NCBI GenBank assembly: GCA_041675145.1
Contig: JBAYUK010000001.1
Span: 312,283-376,282 of the forward strand
DNA: 64,000 nt
DNA from: Patescibacteria group bacterium
Lineage (GTDB): Bacteria; Patescibacteriota; JACPGU01
Direction of reading: 5' to 3'
Shown here one piece after another: positions 38,834 to 48,080 of the stretch. The notes beneath the pieces are model-generated. The model ran no database searches, had not been told where the DNA came from, and was given only the letters and a program-made list of their open reading frames with translations. Each line of letters starts with the position of its first letter. Position 1 is the first letter of the stretch. The position numbers were made by a program, and so were the translations under genes.

Positions 38834-41080
38834 TTAATGTGCAAAGAAAGCAAGGTAGCCTAATGCAAGATACGACAAAATAACAACTGCACCCAAAAGC
38901 CCTCCCCAGGTCATAAACTTCTTCCTTCCAGCAATCCTGATCCACCAGTATAACTGACCTACAACTACTAATGTTGCTACAGTGAAGAGTAGATATATAG
39001 GCAGAGTGTGTCTGAGTAACGGATTAACTAGTACAAAGTGAAAAATAGCCGACATCCAGGCAAAGTAGGCTACTCGGTGTATGAGCTTCCAGCGCGGGTA
39101 GGTAAGCTTTGCGACCATCCAATCAGATGAGGTAAGTGCCATTATCATAAAGCCCGTTAATGCTAAGGAGCCGAATACGACCGGGTTCTTAAGTGGATTC
39201 AGTGACCAGTAGACTGTTGCGAAATCCCACCCATACATCAATGCGTAGACAGATAATGCATGTAGGGTAATAAAAAGCACCCCTACTACTCCTGTATAGC
39301 GACGCACTCGCCAGTGGTCAGCCAGTGCTGGGATGAACTTGAACACAATACTCATCAGCAATGCCGCCCCAATCATGGTGGCGCCAGTTAAGGCGAATGA
39401 ACGGATAAGGGAGGACGCAAGGTTTCCCGGTACTAGATAAAAGAACTGGAGACAAAACTGCACTGCCCAAAACAAGATACCAGCACCAAGAACTGTTAAA
39501 ATAAGTTTTGTGTAGCGTACTGGTGGAGCAGGTAGGTTACTTGGACTGTTATTAACTTCCCCATCCTCTATGCCCACCTCAATACTATCCCCTACTATTC
39601 GTACTGTATATATTTTTTGAGAATATTTGGCAGGCCCTGTAACTACTTTACCGTCTGTGATACTGAACTTTGATCCATGCCACGGACAGGTAATAGTTTT
39701 ACCGTCAAAATCTCCGTCACACAACGGTCCACCCATATGTGAACAGGCATTATCCATAGCCACATATATATTGTCTACTGTGAATAAGGCGAGCTTTTTA
39801 TCTCCTACCGTGATACACCTCTTATTTTCCTTAGTGAACTCAGATACCTTAGCCACTGCCACCCAATGTGTTCCTTTACTACTCGTACTAGAGTTCATAG
39901 TAGTTGTGTTATGTGAAATTGAAATATTATTTCTTTGAGGGTTCAAGATACTAGATACTTTACTGTTCTTGCCTGCTATTAAATAAGCAATGGTCTTGCC
40001 TGCAAGAGCGCTAAAGACGAGCCCCTGACCACCAAAACCAGTAATAACGTGTACATTAGGCACATGAGGATGAGTAAAAACATAGGGCACCTCATCAGGA
40101 GTAACATACAAGCTACCAGACCAAAAATTGGTAATAGCAGTATACCCAGGCACGTGGGCATCTAAATACGGGGTTAGTGTAGTGTAGGCATCCTGGGACT
40201 TGATCTTATCGTACGAAATATCTGCCCCGCCCAGGATCAAGGTATGGGGATTTATCATTCTGAAATAAAAGTATGGGTGATCTACATCCCAGTACTGCTC
40301 AGCACCGATCGGCTGTGTATGGTACTGTGCTGCCAGCACATATGTGAGACGCGGGACAACCAGACTTGAAAGCTCTGGAAACAACGTATCGTCTGGCTTA
40401 CCAGTTGCTACCACTATATGCTTTGCCACTACCTTCCCTTTAGCTGTTCTGACTTCATTACCAGCAACAGATACTACCCCGGACTCTTCAAAGAGTAACA
40501 CACCTTTCTTAGCTAGAAGACTCGCTAGTGCGGATATAAACTTACGAGGATGAAATCTACCCTCTTTGTCATACCGGATAGCTGAGGCAAAAACATCCCC
40601 GTTCTTACCTTCAACCAAAGAAGTGTTCTTATCTACGGTACGCACAAGATCCCACTCCTTCAAGAGACCAGGGTCCTTTTTAGTATATGAGATCCAGTAG
40701 GACTGGTTAGACAGAAAGTCGCAGCGTATTTTGTTATCCGCTATTATCTTAAAGAGTTCTTTCTGAGCCCCATACAGTTCGAGAGCAAGATCAGTAACAA
40801 ACTTCTCTCCATGAAGCTTCTTTAAAGCAATAAGAGAGGTATCTAGTGGACGGGTCAAAAATCCAGTGGTTGCCCCCGTATCTCCGTTGGCAAGAAGGCC
40901 TTTTTCCAGCAATACCACCGAGAACCCTGACTCAACTAAATACCAGGCGCTCATAAGGCCCACTATACCGCCACCGATCACTACCACATCAGCAGCAACC
41001 TCTTTCTTAAGTGGTCTATAGATGAGATCATCCGGTTCGTCCTCATACCAGACCGGAAGAGTATTGATGTCTTGTTGCAT
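38834..41080 (-). CDS. FAD-dependent oxidoreductase-Rieske [2Fe-2S]-MsrQ-like ferric reductase TM fusion
   Basis: VIGGGIVG; TGFGGQG; CSHMGGPL/CPWHGS; RRYTG..LH, ALTS, WKLIHR, IFH. Confidence 0.8.
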   Translation of the reverse strand: MQQDINTLPVWYEDEPDDLIYRPLKKEVAADVVVIGGGIVGLMSAWYLVESGFSVVLLEKGLLANGDTGATTGFLTRPLDTSLIALKKLHGEKFVTDLALELYGAQKELFKIIADNKIRCDFLSNQSYWISYTKKDPGLLKEWDLVRTVDKNTSLVEGKNGDVFASAIRYDKEGRFHPRKFISALASLLAKKGVLLFEESGVVSVAGNEVRTAKGKVVAKHIVVATGKPDDTLFPELSSLVVPRLTYVLAAQYHTQPIGAEQYWDVDHPYFYFRMINPHTLILGGADISYDKIKSQDAYTTLTPYLDAHVPGYTAITNFWSGSLYVTPDEVPYVFTHPHVPNVHVITGFGGQGLVFSALAGKTIAYLIAGKNSKVSSILNPQRNNISISHNTTTMNSSTSSKGTHWVAVAKVSEFTKENKRCITVGDKKLALFTVDNIYVAMDNACSHMGGPLCDGDFDGKTITCPWHGSKFSITDGKVVTGPAKYSQKIYTVRIVGDSIEVGIEDGEVNNSPSNLPAPPVRYTKLILTVLGAGILFWAVQFCLQFFYLVPGNLASSLIRSFALTGATMIGAALLMSIVFKFIPALADHWRVRRYTGVVGVLFITLHALSVYALMYGWDFATVYWSLNPLKNPVVFGSLALTGFMIMALTSSDWMVAKLTYPRWKLIHRVAYFAWMSAIFHFVLVNPLLRHTLPIYLLFTVATLVVVGQLYWWIRIAGRKKFMTWGGLLGAVVILSYLALGYLAFFAH

Positions 41081-41153
41081 ACATATATTGTATCACAAAT
41101 AAAAGAGCGGCTCCGTAGAGCCGCTCTAGTTCATTGTCTTGAAAAGCCAATGT

Positions 41154-42518
41154 TCACAATAATGTGAAGTTGGACTGAGTTTGTTCTTGAATCTGCCGTG
41201 CATAGGCATAGGCCACAGGGTTAGACCGTCCCAGGATTTGTAGCGCATGAAGCATCGCATTGCCTGGATCCAAAATGGTCGATGCTGGAGTCATGCTGGG
41301 GGTTCTAAGAGATGACCACACATCCTCCGGCCTTTTTTCCCAGCCATTGGGCACTGAGATAACAGGAACAGAGCAGTTAGCAGAGAGGGTTGGTCCAGCG
41401 CCGTTTGATCTTCCAATAAAGGCGATGACAACCGTCTCTGGATTCCGTTGAAGAATCTTGTTCAGTCCAAAAGTGCCGTGGACAGGAGACTTATGCATGG
41501 ATTTGGTCAACACTGCCATCTCTACCCAATCCGTTCTTTCGCAGTACGGATTTGTAGTTAGACGCTCAAATGCCAAACCCAGATCGTCAATGTTATCCTT
41601 TTCGCTTCCGGTCCAAATAAGGACATGCGACTTTGGAATGCGCCAAGACTTCACTTCATCAAGCGTCCAGCGATACAGCTCGAGCATTTCATCCAGTGCT
41701 CCGCCTTCGCGGTAGAACTGTTTGTCTCGATACTTCCCTTCTGAATCGGTCACTCGCCAGTTGTCGGCCGTGACTTCATCAGCAAGAAGGAGCCTTCCAT
41801 CTTCAGTGACCCCGAATTCAAGCTTGAAGTCGGCCTTATTAAAACCACGCAGTTGCCACGCGCGTTCAAAGATGAAGAAGATGAGCCTCGTCCAGTAGTC
41901 GATCTCACACCAGTGCTCTGCTGCATGTTTGGGCAACCAGTTATTTCTCAGGTCGGCTGGAATTTTCTTTTTCAGATACCAGGGTTGCTTGGGCTCGAAG
42001 ATTTCCATACTCTCAAGCATGATACTGGAGTGATCCAGCTGCCAGAAAGGTAAATCTCCAACATGCCCAGTGCTCCAGTGAGGCACAATGAGAGGGTCGT
42101 CACAAGGCAGGTCGATCTCTCCCCACTTCTTGCCGGTGGTTTTCAAAAAGAACTCCACGAGAAGCTGGGGGAACGCCTGACCTTTTTCCAGATGCGGCAT
42201 GCGCTGCAAGTAGCTGCCATGCGCGCTGCGCCGAGCAACCACTTCGAGCTCAATCATGTCTACCTTCTTCATCACCATCTCGTTGGGGTTATCCCCTGGT
42301 CGAAGGTAGGCGGTCGGAACCCCGGCGGCATTAAGCAATTCGAAAATTGCAATAGAAGCCTGACAGGCAAGGGCTCCTTTTCCCTTCAGAGCATCTTTCT
42401 TCGCTCCATCACCTGCAGTGATAGCGTCTTTGAAGCGCAACAGCACTTCACCGTTTCCGATATCGAAGACCTGTTTGGTCTTGCCCTCGGTGAGTAATTG
42501 TTCAGGTCCAAGTTTCAT
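41154..42518 (-). CDS. purC: Bifunctional SAICAR synthetase/AIR carboxylase (PurC-PurE class II, PAICS-like)
   Basis: EGKTK, KDAITAGDG, GSY, DFKLEFG, LADE, DKQFYR; C-terminal SMHKSP, GRSNGAGP, DVWSSLRTPS. Confidence 0.9.
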   Translation of the reverse strand: MKLGPEQLLTEGKTKQVFDIGNGEVLLRFKDAITAGDGAKKDALKGKGALACQASIAIFELLNAAGVPTAYLRPGDNPNEMVMKKVDMIELEVVARRSAHGSYLQRMPHLEKGQAFPQLLVEFFLKTTGKKWGEIDLPCDDPLIVPHWSTGHVGDLPFWQLDHSSIMLESMEIFEPKQPWYLKKKIPADLRNNWLPKHAAEHWCEIDYWTRLIFFIFERAWQLRGFNKADFKLEFGVTEDGRLLLADEVTADNWRVTDSEGKYRDKQFYREGGALDEMLELYRWTLDEVKSWRIPKSHVLIWTGSEKDNIDDLGLAFERLTTNPYCERTDWVEMAVLTKSMHKSPVHGTFGLNKILQRNPETVVIAFIGRSNGAGPTLSANCSVPVISVPNGWEKRPEDVWSSLRTPSMTPASTILDPGNAMLHALQILGRSNPVAYAYARQIQEQTQSNFTLL

Positions 42519-42651
42519 GGGGCGTGTAGCCTCCTTCTGTGTAGTAGCGCTACGCGCTCCATCTCCATTCTAACAAAAAATGGCTCTATGATCAACAAAA
42601 AACCACCCTTGAGATTGTGGGTGGTTTTTTCTGTTCTATTCTTAATGTGTT

Positions 42652-43425
42652 TTAGGTACGAATACCCTTCCCTTTATTGAGCAGTACTACACAGAGAATT
42701 CCCAGTGCTAAAGAAAAAGCAATCAAGATACCAAGACTTACTAACACTGGCACTGAAGAAAAACCGTAAAATCCGTAACGGAATCCGTCGATCATATATA
42801 CGATCGGGTTAAACTTTGAAACAACCTGCCAAACACCAGGTAGAGCCGAAATAGGGTAAAACACTCCTCCGAGATAGGTCAGTGGAGTGAGAACGAAAGT
42901 CGGAAAGATTCCTACATCATCAATCTTTTTCGCAAAAATTCCATTAAGAAGTCCACCAAACGAAAACGTGATAGCGGTTAATACCATAAAGATCAGAACT
43001 AGTCCTAGATGTGCGATCTGTGGATGGGTAAAGAAGATAGAGATCAAAAATACGATGAGACCCACTAAGATTCCACGCAGTATACCTCCCATACCAAAGC
43101 CAGCCACAATCACCCAGTTCGGGGTAGGAGAAACCAAAATCTCATCTATGTTGCGTTGCCACTTGGTAAAAAAGAATGAACTCACGGTATTGGTAAATGC
43201 CGAGGTAATAATCGCCATCATAACCAGTCCCGGAACGAGAAAGGCCATATACGAAACGCCATTAATTGCTGCTACCTGGCGCCCAACGAAACCACCAAAA
43301 ACTACAAAGTACAAGCTCTGCGTAATGACTGGAGGAACCAGTGTCTGGGTCCAGATACGCAAGAACCGACGTGTTTCTTTGCGTGTCAGGGTTGAGAGTG
43401 AAATAAGTGTTTTATTCGTAGTCAT
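42652..43425 (-). CDS. ABC-2 type permease (YadH-like)
   Basis: RFLRIWTQTLVPP, PGLVMM, TPLTYLGGVFY. Confidence 0.9.
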   Translation of the reverse strand: MTTNKTLISLSTLTRKETRRFLRIWTQTLVPPVITQSLYFVVFGGFVGRQVAAINGVSYMAFLVPGLVMMAIITSAFTNTVSSFFFTKWQRNIDEILVSPTPNWVIVAGFGMGGILRGILVGLIVFLISIFFTHPQIAHLGLVLIFMVLTAITFSFGGLLNGIFAKKIDDVGIFPTFVLTPLTYLGGVFYPISALPGVWQVVSKFNPIVYMIDGFRYGFYGFSSVPVLVSLGILIAFSLALGILCVVLLNKGKGIRT

Positions 43426-43430
43426 AGTCC

Positions 43431-44336
43431 TTATTTTTTAACAAGATCTAAAAAGAGTCCTTCTAGTCGGTTACCCTTTGGTCGCATCGAGACCGTTACA
43501 ATACCCGCTTCGTGTAAGGCACTAGTAAGATCAGTAACGCTCTGGCCTTTCGGTAGTCCTACTTCAAGCGTGTCGTGGTCAATGATAGTAATATCGAAGC
43601 CTGAAACGTTTTCTGCGCCAGCAGTCTTACTCACTGTTACGGTATAGTACTCTTTCTCAAGTACTGATAGTAGGTTCTTCACTGAGTCGTTACGAATTAC
43701 CTCTCCTTTATGCATAATAGCGGCGTTACGACAGAGTTGTTCTACCTCCTCTAAGTAGTGAGTGGTAAGTAGTATGGTGGTTCCGGCTGCGTTAATACGC
43801 TTTAAGTATTCCCACATACCGTGCCGTAACTCCACATCTACTCCAGCAGTAGGCTCATCGAGAATCAAAAGCTTAGGGTCGTGCATGAGGGCGCGGGCAA
43901 TCATCAGGCGTCGCTTCATACCACCAGATAAGGTCTGTGACTTTTCGTTTCTCTTCTCCCAGAGACCGAGGTTTTTTAAGACCTCCTCAGAGCGAGGCAA
44001 AGCAACATCTGCCGGCACGCCGTAGTACCCCGCCTGGTCAAGCAAAATATCTTGTACTTTTTGAAAAATATTAAAGTTAAACTCCTGCGGCACGACACCA
44101 ATCATAGCTTTTGCCGCCGAGAAATCCTGATCTATATCTATACCAAAGACTTTCACCGTTCCGGCGCTTTTATTCACTAAACTGGTTACAATACCAATAA
44201 TAGTAGTCTTCCCAGCACCGTTAGCACCCAGTAACGCAAAAAAGTCACCACTTTCTATGGTGAGGTCAATTCCTTTGAGTGCTTCTACTCCATTGGAATA
44301 TATTTTCTTAAGTCCCTTAATTTCCAGTGCGTTCAT
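43431..44336 (-). CDS. ABC transporter ATP-binding protein (YadG-like)
   Basis: GANGAGKTT, LSGGMKRR, LDEPTAGVD, TTHYLEE. Confidence 0.92.
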   Translation of the reverse strand: MNALEIKGLKKIYSNGVEALKGIDLTIESGDFFALLGANGAGKTTIIGIVTSLVNKSAGTVKVFGIDIDQDFSAAKAMIGVVPQEFNFNIFQKVQDILLDQAGYYGVPADVALPRSEEVLKNLGLWEKRNEKSQTLSGGMKRRLMIARALMHDPKLLILDEPTAGVDVELRHGMWEYLKRINAAGTTILLTTHYLEEVEQLCRNAAIMHKGEVIRNDSVKNLLSVLEKEYYTVTVSKTAGAENVSGFDITIIDHDTLEVGLPKGQSVTDLTSALHEAGIVTVSMRPKGNRLEGLFLDLVKK

Positions 44337-44357
44337 ATCAGGTAAGTATACCAGAGA

Positions 44358-45209
44358 TTAGCTGTTCTTGGAAGATGTTCTCACTTTTCTGATAAACTGG
44401 CGAGTCTTTTTTACTACAGAGCTCTTCATAACCTTGGAAACAAAACGAGTTCTCAAACTTGCCTGACCAAAATCCCAACCAAGCCGATCCATCAGCTCAC
44501 GAATTTCTAAGTACCAAATTTCGTACCCGAAGCCACTGGGATGGAACATGTCCGCAGCGTAAAACTTTTTTACATTCGGTATAAACGGATCGTCTTTAAT
44601 ATCTCGGTAGAGATCTACGTATTCAACCTGAGGAAATTCTAAAATCACAATACGATACGCTTCTCGCATAATAAGCGTACGGTACTCCATCAGCACTTTC
44701 AGATACCATGGCCAAAACGGTGCAGCACCCGCATTCCCACAATGGAGCACAATCACATGGCTACAAACACTAGTTGCTTTTTTAAGCAGCGAACGCAAAT
44801 GCTTTTTCGTATCTGCGAGCAGTACTGGATGGACGATATCATTACCACCAATCTGAATCACCATAAGATCAATACTACGAAACTCTCTCGGGTCAAAGCG
44901 TTGAGACAACTCACCCAGCTTCTGTCCGACAACACCTCGGTTGATAATAGTAGCATCTGGAAAATCCGTGCCAAAACGACCGGCAATACTGTCGCGGTTA
45001 TCTATAGCTCCTGTTCCAGCTGTAGTACTATCTCCAACAAACAAAAACCGATGCTTTCCGCCACGTATAATCCGCTCATATGGAACGGTGCGAAAAGCCA
45101 TCTTTCTTCCAATGCAAATAAAATAGATCCAACGCAATATATCCCAGGCAACGCCGAGCAATAACAATCCTAAACTCAGTTGTAGTACGGTTACAACAAG
45201 CAGTGTCAT
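44358..45209 (-). CDS. SGNH/GDSL hydrolase with N-terminal anchor
   Basis: VGDSTT, NRG, GGND, DMFHP. Confidence 0.88.
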   Translation of the reverse strand: MTLLVVTVLQLSLGLLLLGVAWDILRWIYFICIGRKMAFRTVPYERIIRGGKHRFLFVGDSTTAGTGAIDNRDSIAGRFGTDFPDATIINRGVVGQKLGELSQRFDPREFRSIDLMVIQIGGNDIVHPVLLADTKKHLRSLLKKATSVCSHVIVLHCGNAGAAPFWPWYLKVLMEYRTLIMREAYRIVILEFPQVEYVDLYRDIKDDPFIPNVKKFYAADMFHPSGFGYEIWYLEIRELMDRLGWDFGQASLRTRFVSKVMKSSVVKKTRQFIRKVRTSSKNS

Positions 45210-45302
45210 GTGTGTTTGTGTGTATCTGACTAGATTACTCCTAGTATACCAAAAATAGATAGAAAATAGTATAATCATCGAACCACATCGTAGGAGGAAT
45301 AC

Positions 45303-45770
45303 GTGCACCAAAAACCCATACCTTCTATCATGGAGGTAATTGAAGAGGTAGGGAGAAGCATTAATCTCTCGCCCACTACCACTTTTTTTCTCTACCTGTT
45401 TCTTAAAAAACTCGAAATGAATCCAGAACTGGCTCATGGAACCATGATCCAAGTAAACGTCGATCCCATTGTTGAAGAAAAGTTCCACACCATGGACGAG
45501 ACATTAGGGAAAGCAACCAACAGTAAATACCGAGCTTTTCTGGCAAACATGCTTCCACTTATGAGGTTGGTAGCTGATTTTAGCCTGGGTCTTCATCACC
45601 TTGAGCACTGCAATGGTCACAGCGACTATTTATGTGCCTTGCTTGACCTCATTCCCGACCAGCCAACACTGTTTAGGCTTCTTCTCATGTACATCTTAGA
45701 GGATGCTAATAATATGGAAAGTGAAGTCCCGGACTTCTCCCAAATTCCTTTTTCCTATGCGGACGAGTAA
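45303..45770 (+). CDS. Hypothetical protein
   Basis: GTG start behind AGGAGG; terminator at ~45788-45821. Confidence 0.6.
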   Translation: MHQKPIPSIMEVIEEVGRSINLSPTTTFFLYLFLKKLEMNPELAHGTMIQVNVDPIVEEKFHTMDETLGKATNSKYRAFLANMLPLMRLVADFSLGLHHLEHCNGHSDYLCALLDLIPDQPTLFRLLLMYILEDANNMESEVPDFSQIPFSYADE

Positions 45771-45842
45771 TACACGACTGAACAACAAAGCGCCCCAACC
45801 AAATGGTCGGGGCGTTATTTTGTTTCGAGGTATGTAAGGAGA

Positions 45843-47333
45843 TTAAACCTTGAGATCTCGTGCTGGCGGAGAGAGCTCTCTATCAGCATAGGTCTCTTTG
45901 AGATTTTCTCGAACTTCTGCCGCGAACAGCCGAGCCTGGTTAGGGGCTCGCCCAATCATGGTTTTAGGATCGAGAAAGTTTTGAATTTTGTCATGGACTG
46001 GGGCAAGCATAGGCTCGTCCATCATCCGACCAAGCATGTCGTAAGACTCGGCGCCACTCTTGCGGAAACTTTCAACTGAGGCTACGCTATGCACGCGTAG
46101 TAAATCATGGATCACTTGACGATCCGCTCCGTGACTTTCCACCATCTCATTAATGATTGAAACGGTTGCAAGGAAAGGCAGGAACTTATTGAGGTGTGTT
46201 TCAATGCGTGCTGGAAAAACTCTCAGCCCGTCGAACACATTGTGCGCAACAAGACAGGTCGCATCGGCGTAAAGACCAGCTTCGGAAAGCGTAATGCGAC
46301 CCGCTGCTGAGTCATCTAAAGTTCGCTCAAGTCCCTGACTTGCATGCGTTTGCAAAGCACAGTTTGATAACCCTATCAGCATCCTATCCAGAGCATTGCC
46401 CCGTTCTGAGCGCATTGGGTTCTGTTTGAAAGCTTGCGCACTGCTGCCGATCTGATCAACACCAAAAGGCTCATGGATTTGATCCAACATTGCCAGAATC
46501 CGGACATCAAAGAACATCTTTGAAGCAGAAGAACCCAGCTTAGCAAGAGCCAAAACGAAGTCAGCATCGTATTGGCGTGAATAGGTTTGACCTGTTATGG
46601 ACAAAATCTTTCCATTAAAGTCAAAGTCGTTGGCAACTTGTTGCTCTAATAGCAGAACAAGACTTTCATCCCCTCTGCAGAGCTGCATGAGTGATTGCTG
46701 AGTGCCGGTGGCATCTTTAATGCCACGGAAAGGAAGCTCATTGCGCACTCGACGGATATCTAAGTATGCGTGGTTTAAATCCTCCAACCACATAGCAATC
46801 CGCTTGCCAAGGGTTGTGGGCTGTGCCATTTGAAGATGGGTAAACCCAGCACAAATCAAATCTGCATGTTCCTCGGCCAAAAAGGTCATCTTATACATAA
46901 CCCTTGCAAGACGCAACAACACCAAATCCAAAGCCTCGCGCATAGTAATTAGTTTTGCGTTATCTGTGATGTCGCAACTCGTAAGAGCCAGATGAATAAA
47001 CCGGGCTAGCTCCTCCAGGCCGTGCTCTCTGCAAATGTCCTGGAAAGCGTGAACATGAGCCATGACATCATGGCGATTCTTGCGTTCGTACTCAGCTGCC
47101 AGATCAATGTTAATAAGAGGGATCAACCCGTACATCTTCTCCAGCTGGCCCTCGGGTATTTTAATAAGACCCATGCCCTTCATGTGTTTTAGAATGGTGT
47201 ACCAGAGCATTCTCCATGTGGTGAACTGCTTGAAGTCTGAAAACACTTTCTGCATTTCTTCAGATGTGTAGCGGCTCGCAAGAGGGTGTTTCCATTCTTT
47301 TGATGGAAGTCTGAAAGATGGCTGTGTTGTCAC
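45843..47333 (-). CDS. purB: Adenylosuccinate lyase (eukaryote-like subfamily)
   Basis: PLASRY, RHDVMAHVH, IHLALTS, GFTH.Q.AQ.TT.GKR, GSSA..KQNPMRSER, LERTLDDSA. Confidence 0.92.
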   Translation of the reverse strand: MTTQPSFRLPSKEWKHPLASRYTSEEMQKVFSDFKQFTTWRMLWYTILKHMKGMGLIKIPEGQLEKMYGLIPLINIDLAAEYERKNRHDVMAHVHAFQDICREHGLEELARFIHLALTSCDITDNAKLITMREALDLVLLRLARVMYKMTFLAEEHADLICAGFTHLQMAQPTTLGKRIAMWLEDLNHAYLDIRRVRNELPFRGIKDATGTQQSLMQLCRGDESLVLLLEQQVANDFDFNGKILSITGQTYSRQYDADFVLALAKLGSSASKMFFDVRILAMLDQIHEPFGVDQIGSSAQAFKQNPMRSERGNALDRMLIGLSNCALQTHASQGLERTLDDSAAGRITLSEAGLYADATCLVAHNVFDGLRVFPARIETHLNKFLPFLATVSIINEMVESHGADRQVIHDLLRVHSVASVESFRKSGAESYDMLGRMMDEPMLAPVHDKIQNFLDPKTMIGRAPNQARLFAAEVRENLKETYADRELSPPARDLKV

Positions 47334-47466
47334 TCTACGTTCCTACCTTTTTCTTGAATTTTTTAGGTGCAGTGCCTTATGGACACAGCGCACTAGAAAC
47401 TAATATACCAAAAAACGGCTCTAAATACAAGAAAAACGCCTTTCGGCGCTTATCTTGATATAAAAA

Positions 47467-47538
47467 TGCTCTCGGCAGGAATCGAACCTACATCACCAGC
47501 TCCGCAAGCTAGCGTCCTATCCGTTGAACGACGAGAGC
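47467..47538 (-). tRNA. tRNA-Arg (anticodon GCG), CCA not encoded
   Basis: Acceptor GCTCTCG/CGAGAGC; anticodon arm CTAGC-TTGCGGA-GCTGG; T-loop GGTTCGATTCC. Confidence 0.92.
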
Positions 47539-47543
47539 ACACT

Positions 47544-48017
47544 TTATTTCCGCAACCAATTAGCCAAACTTTCTGAAAAGTCAGTCACTTTTCCTTCTAC
47601 CAAAAGGATATCTACCGGGAAAAGTCGGGTTACTTGCTGAGCGTCCTGAGTACCGAGTGGAATTGCTATCTGAGTTGCAATCTTACTTTTTGGCACTAAG
47701 TAAAGCGTATGGTTTCCCTGCCCTATCCAGTAGCCATTATACTGATCAAAGCTGTGAAATCTACCATCCACCATGACACCACTGGCCGTCACTCCGATAT
47801 TAACTGGCTTTTTATCTGTCGTAAGGTATGAATAAAGAGCTAGCGGCAATAGAGCAAACACCAGTGCCATGAGCCACTGCGTGGTATATATAGCATATCC
47901 AATGACTGCTACGAGGATAATAAATACAAGGGCTATGTTGGTTGTGTTAAAAGAACGAGTCTGGAACCCTTCGGTTTGCCAGGCTAAGAGAATTTTTTCA
48001 CTGTTTGTTTGTGCCAT
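47544..48017 (-). CDS. Conserved-looking hypothetical membrane protein (2 TM plus PH-like domain)
   Basis: LAWQ..., two TMs, GV.VD...F...YWI; LANWL C-terminus. Confidence 0.65.
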   Translation of the reverse strand: MAQTNSEKILLAWQTEGFQTRSFNTTNIALVFIILVAVIGYAIYTTQWLMALVFALLPLALYSYLTTDKKPVNIGVTASGVMVDGRFHSFDQYNGYWIGQGNHTLYLVPKSKIATQIAIPLGTQDAQQVTRLFPVDILLVEGKVTDFSESLANWLRK

Positions 48018-48080
48018 ATGTTTTTTATTTTGTGCACAGTATACCACAAGAAAAATGAATCATGAAGTATGAATCGATCC

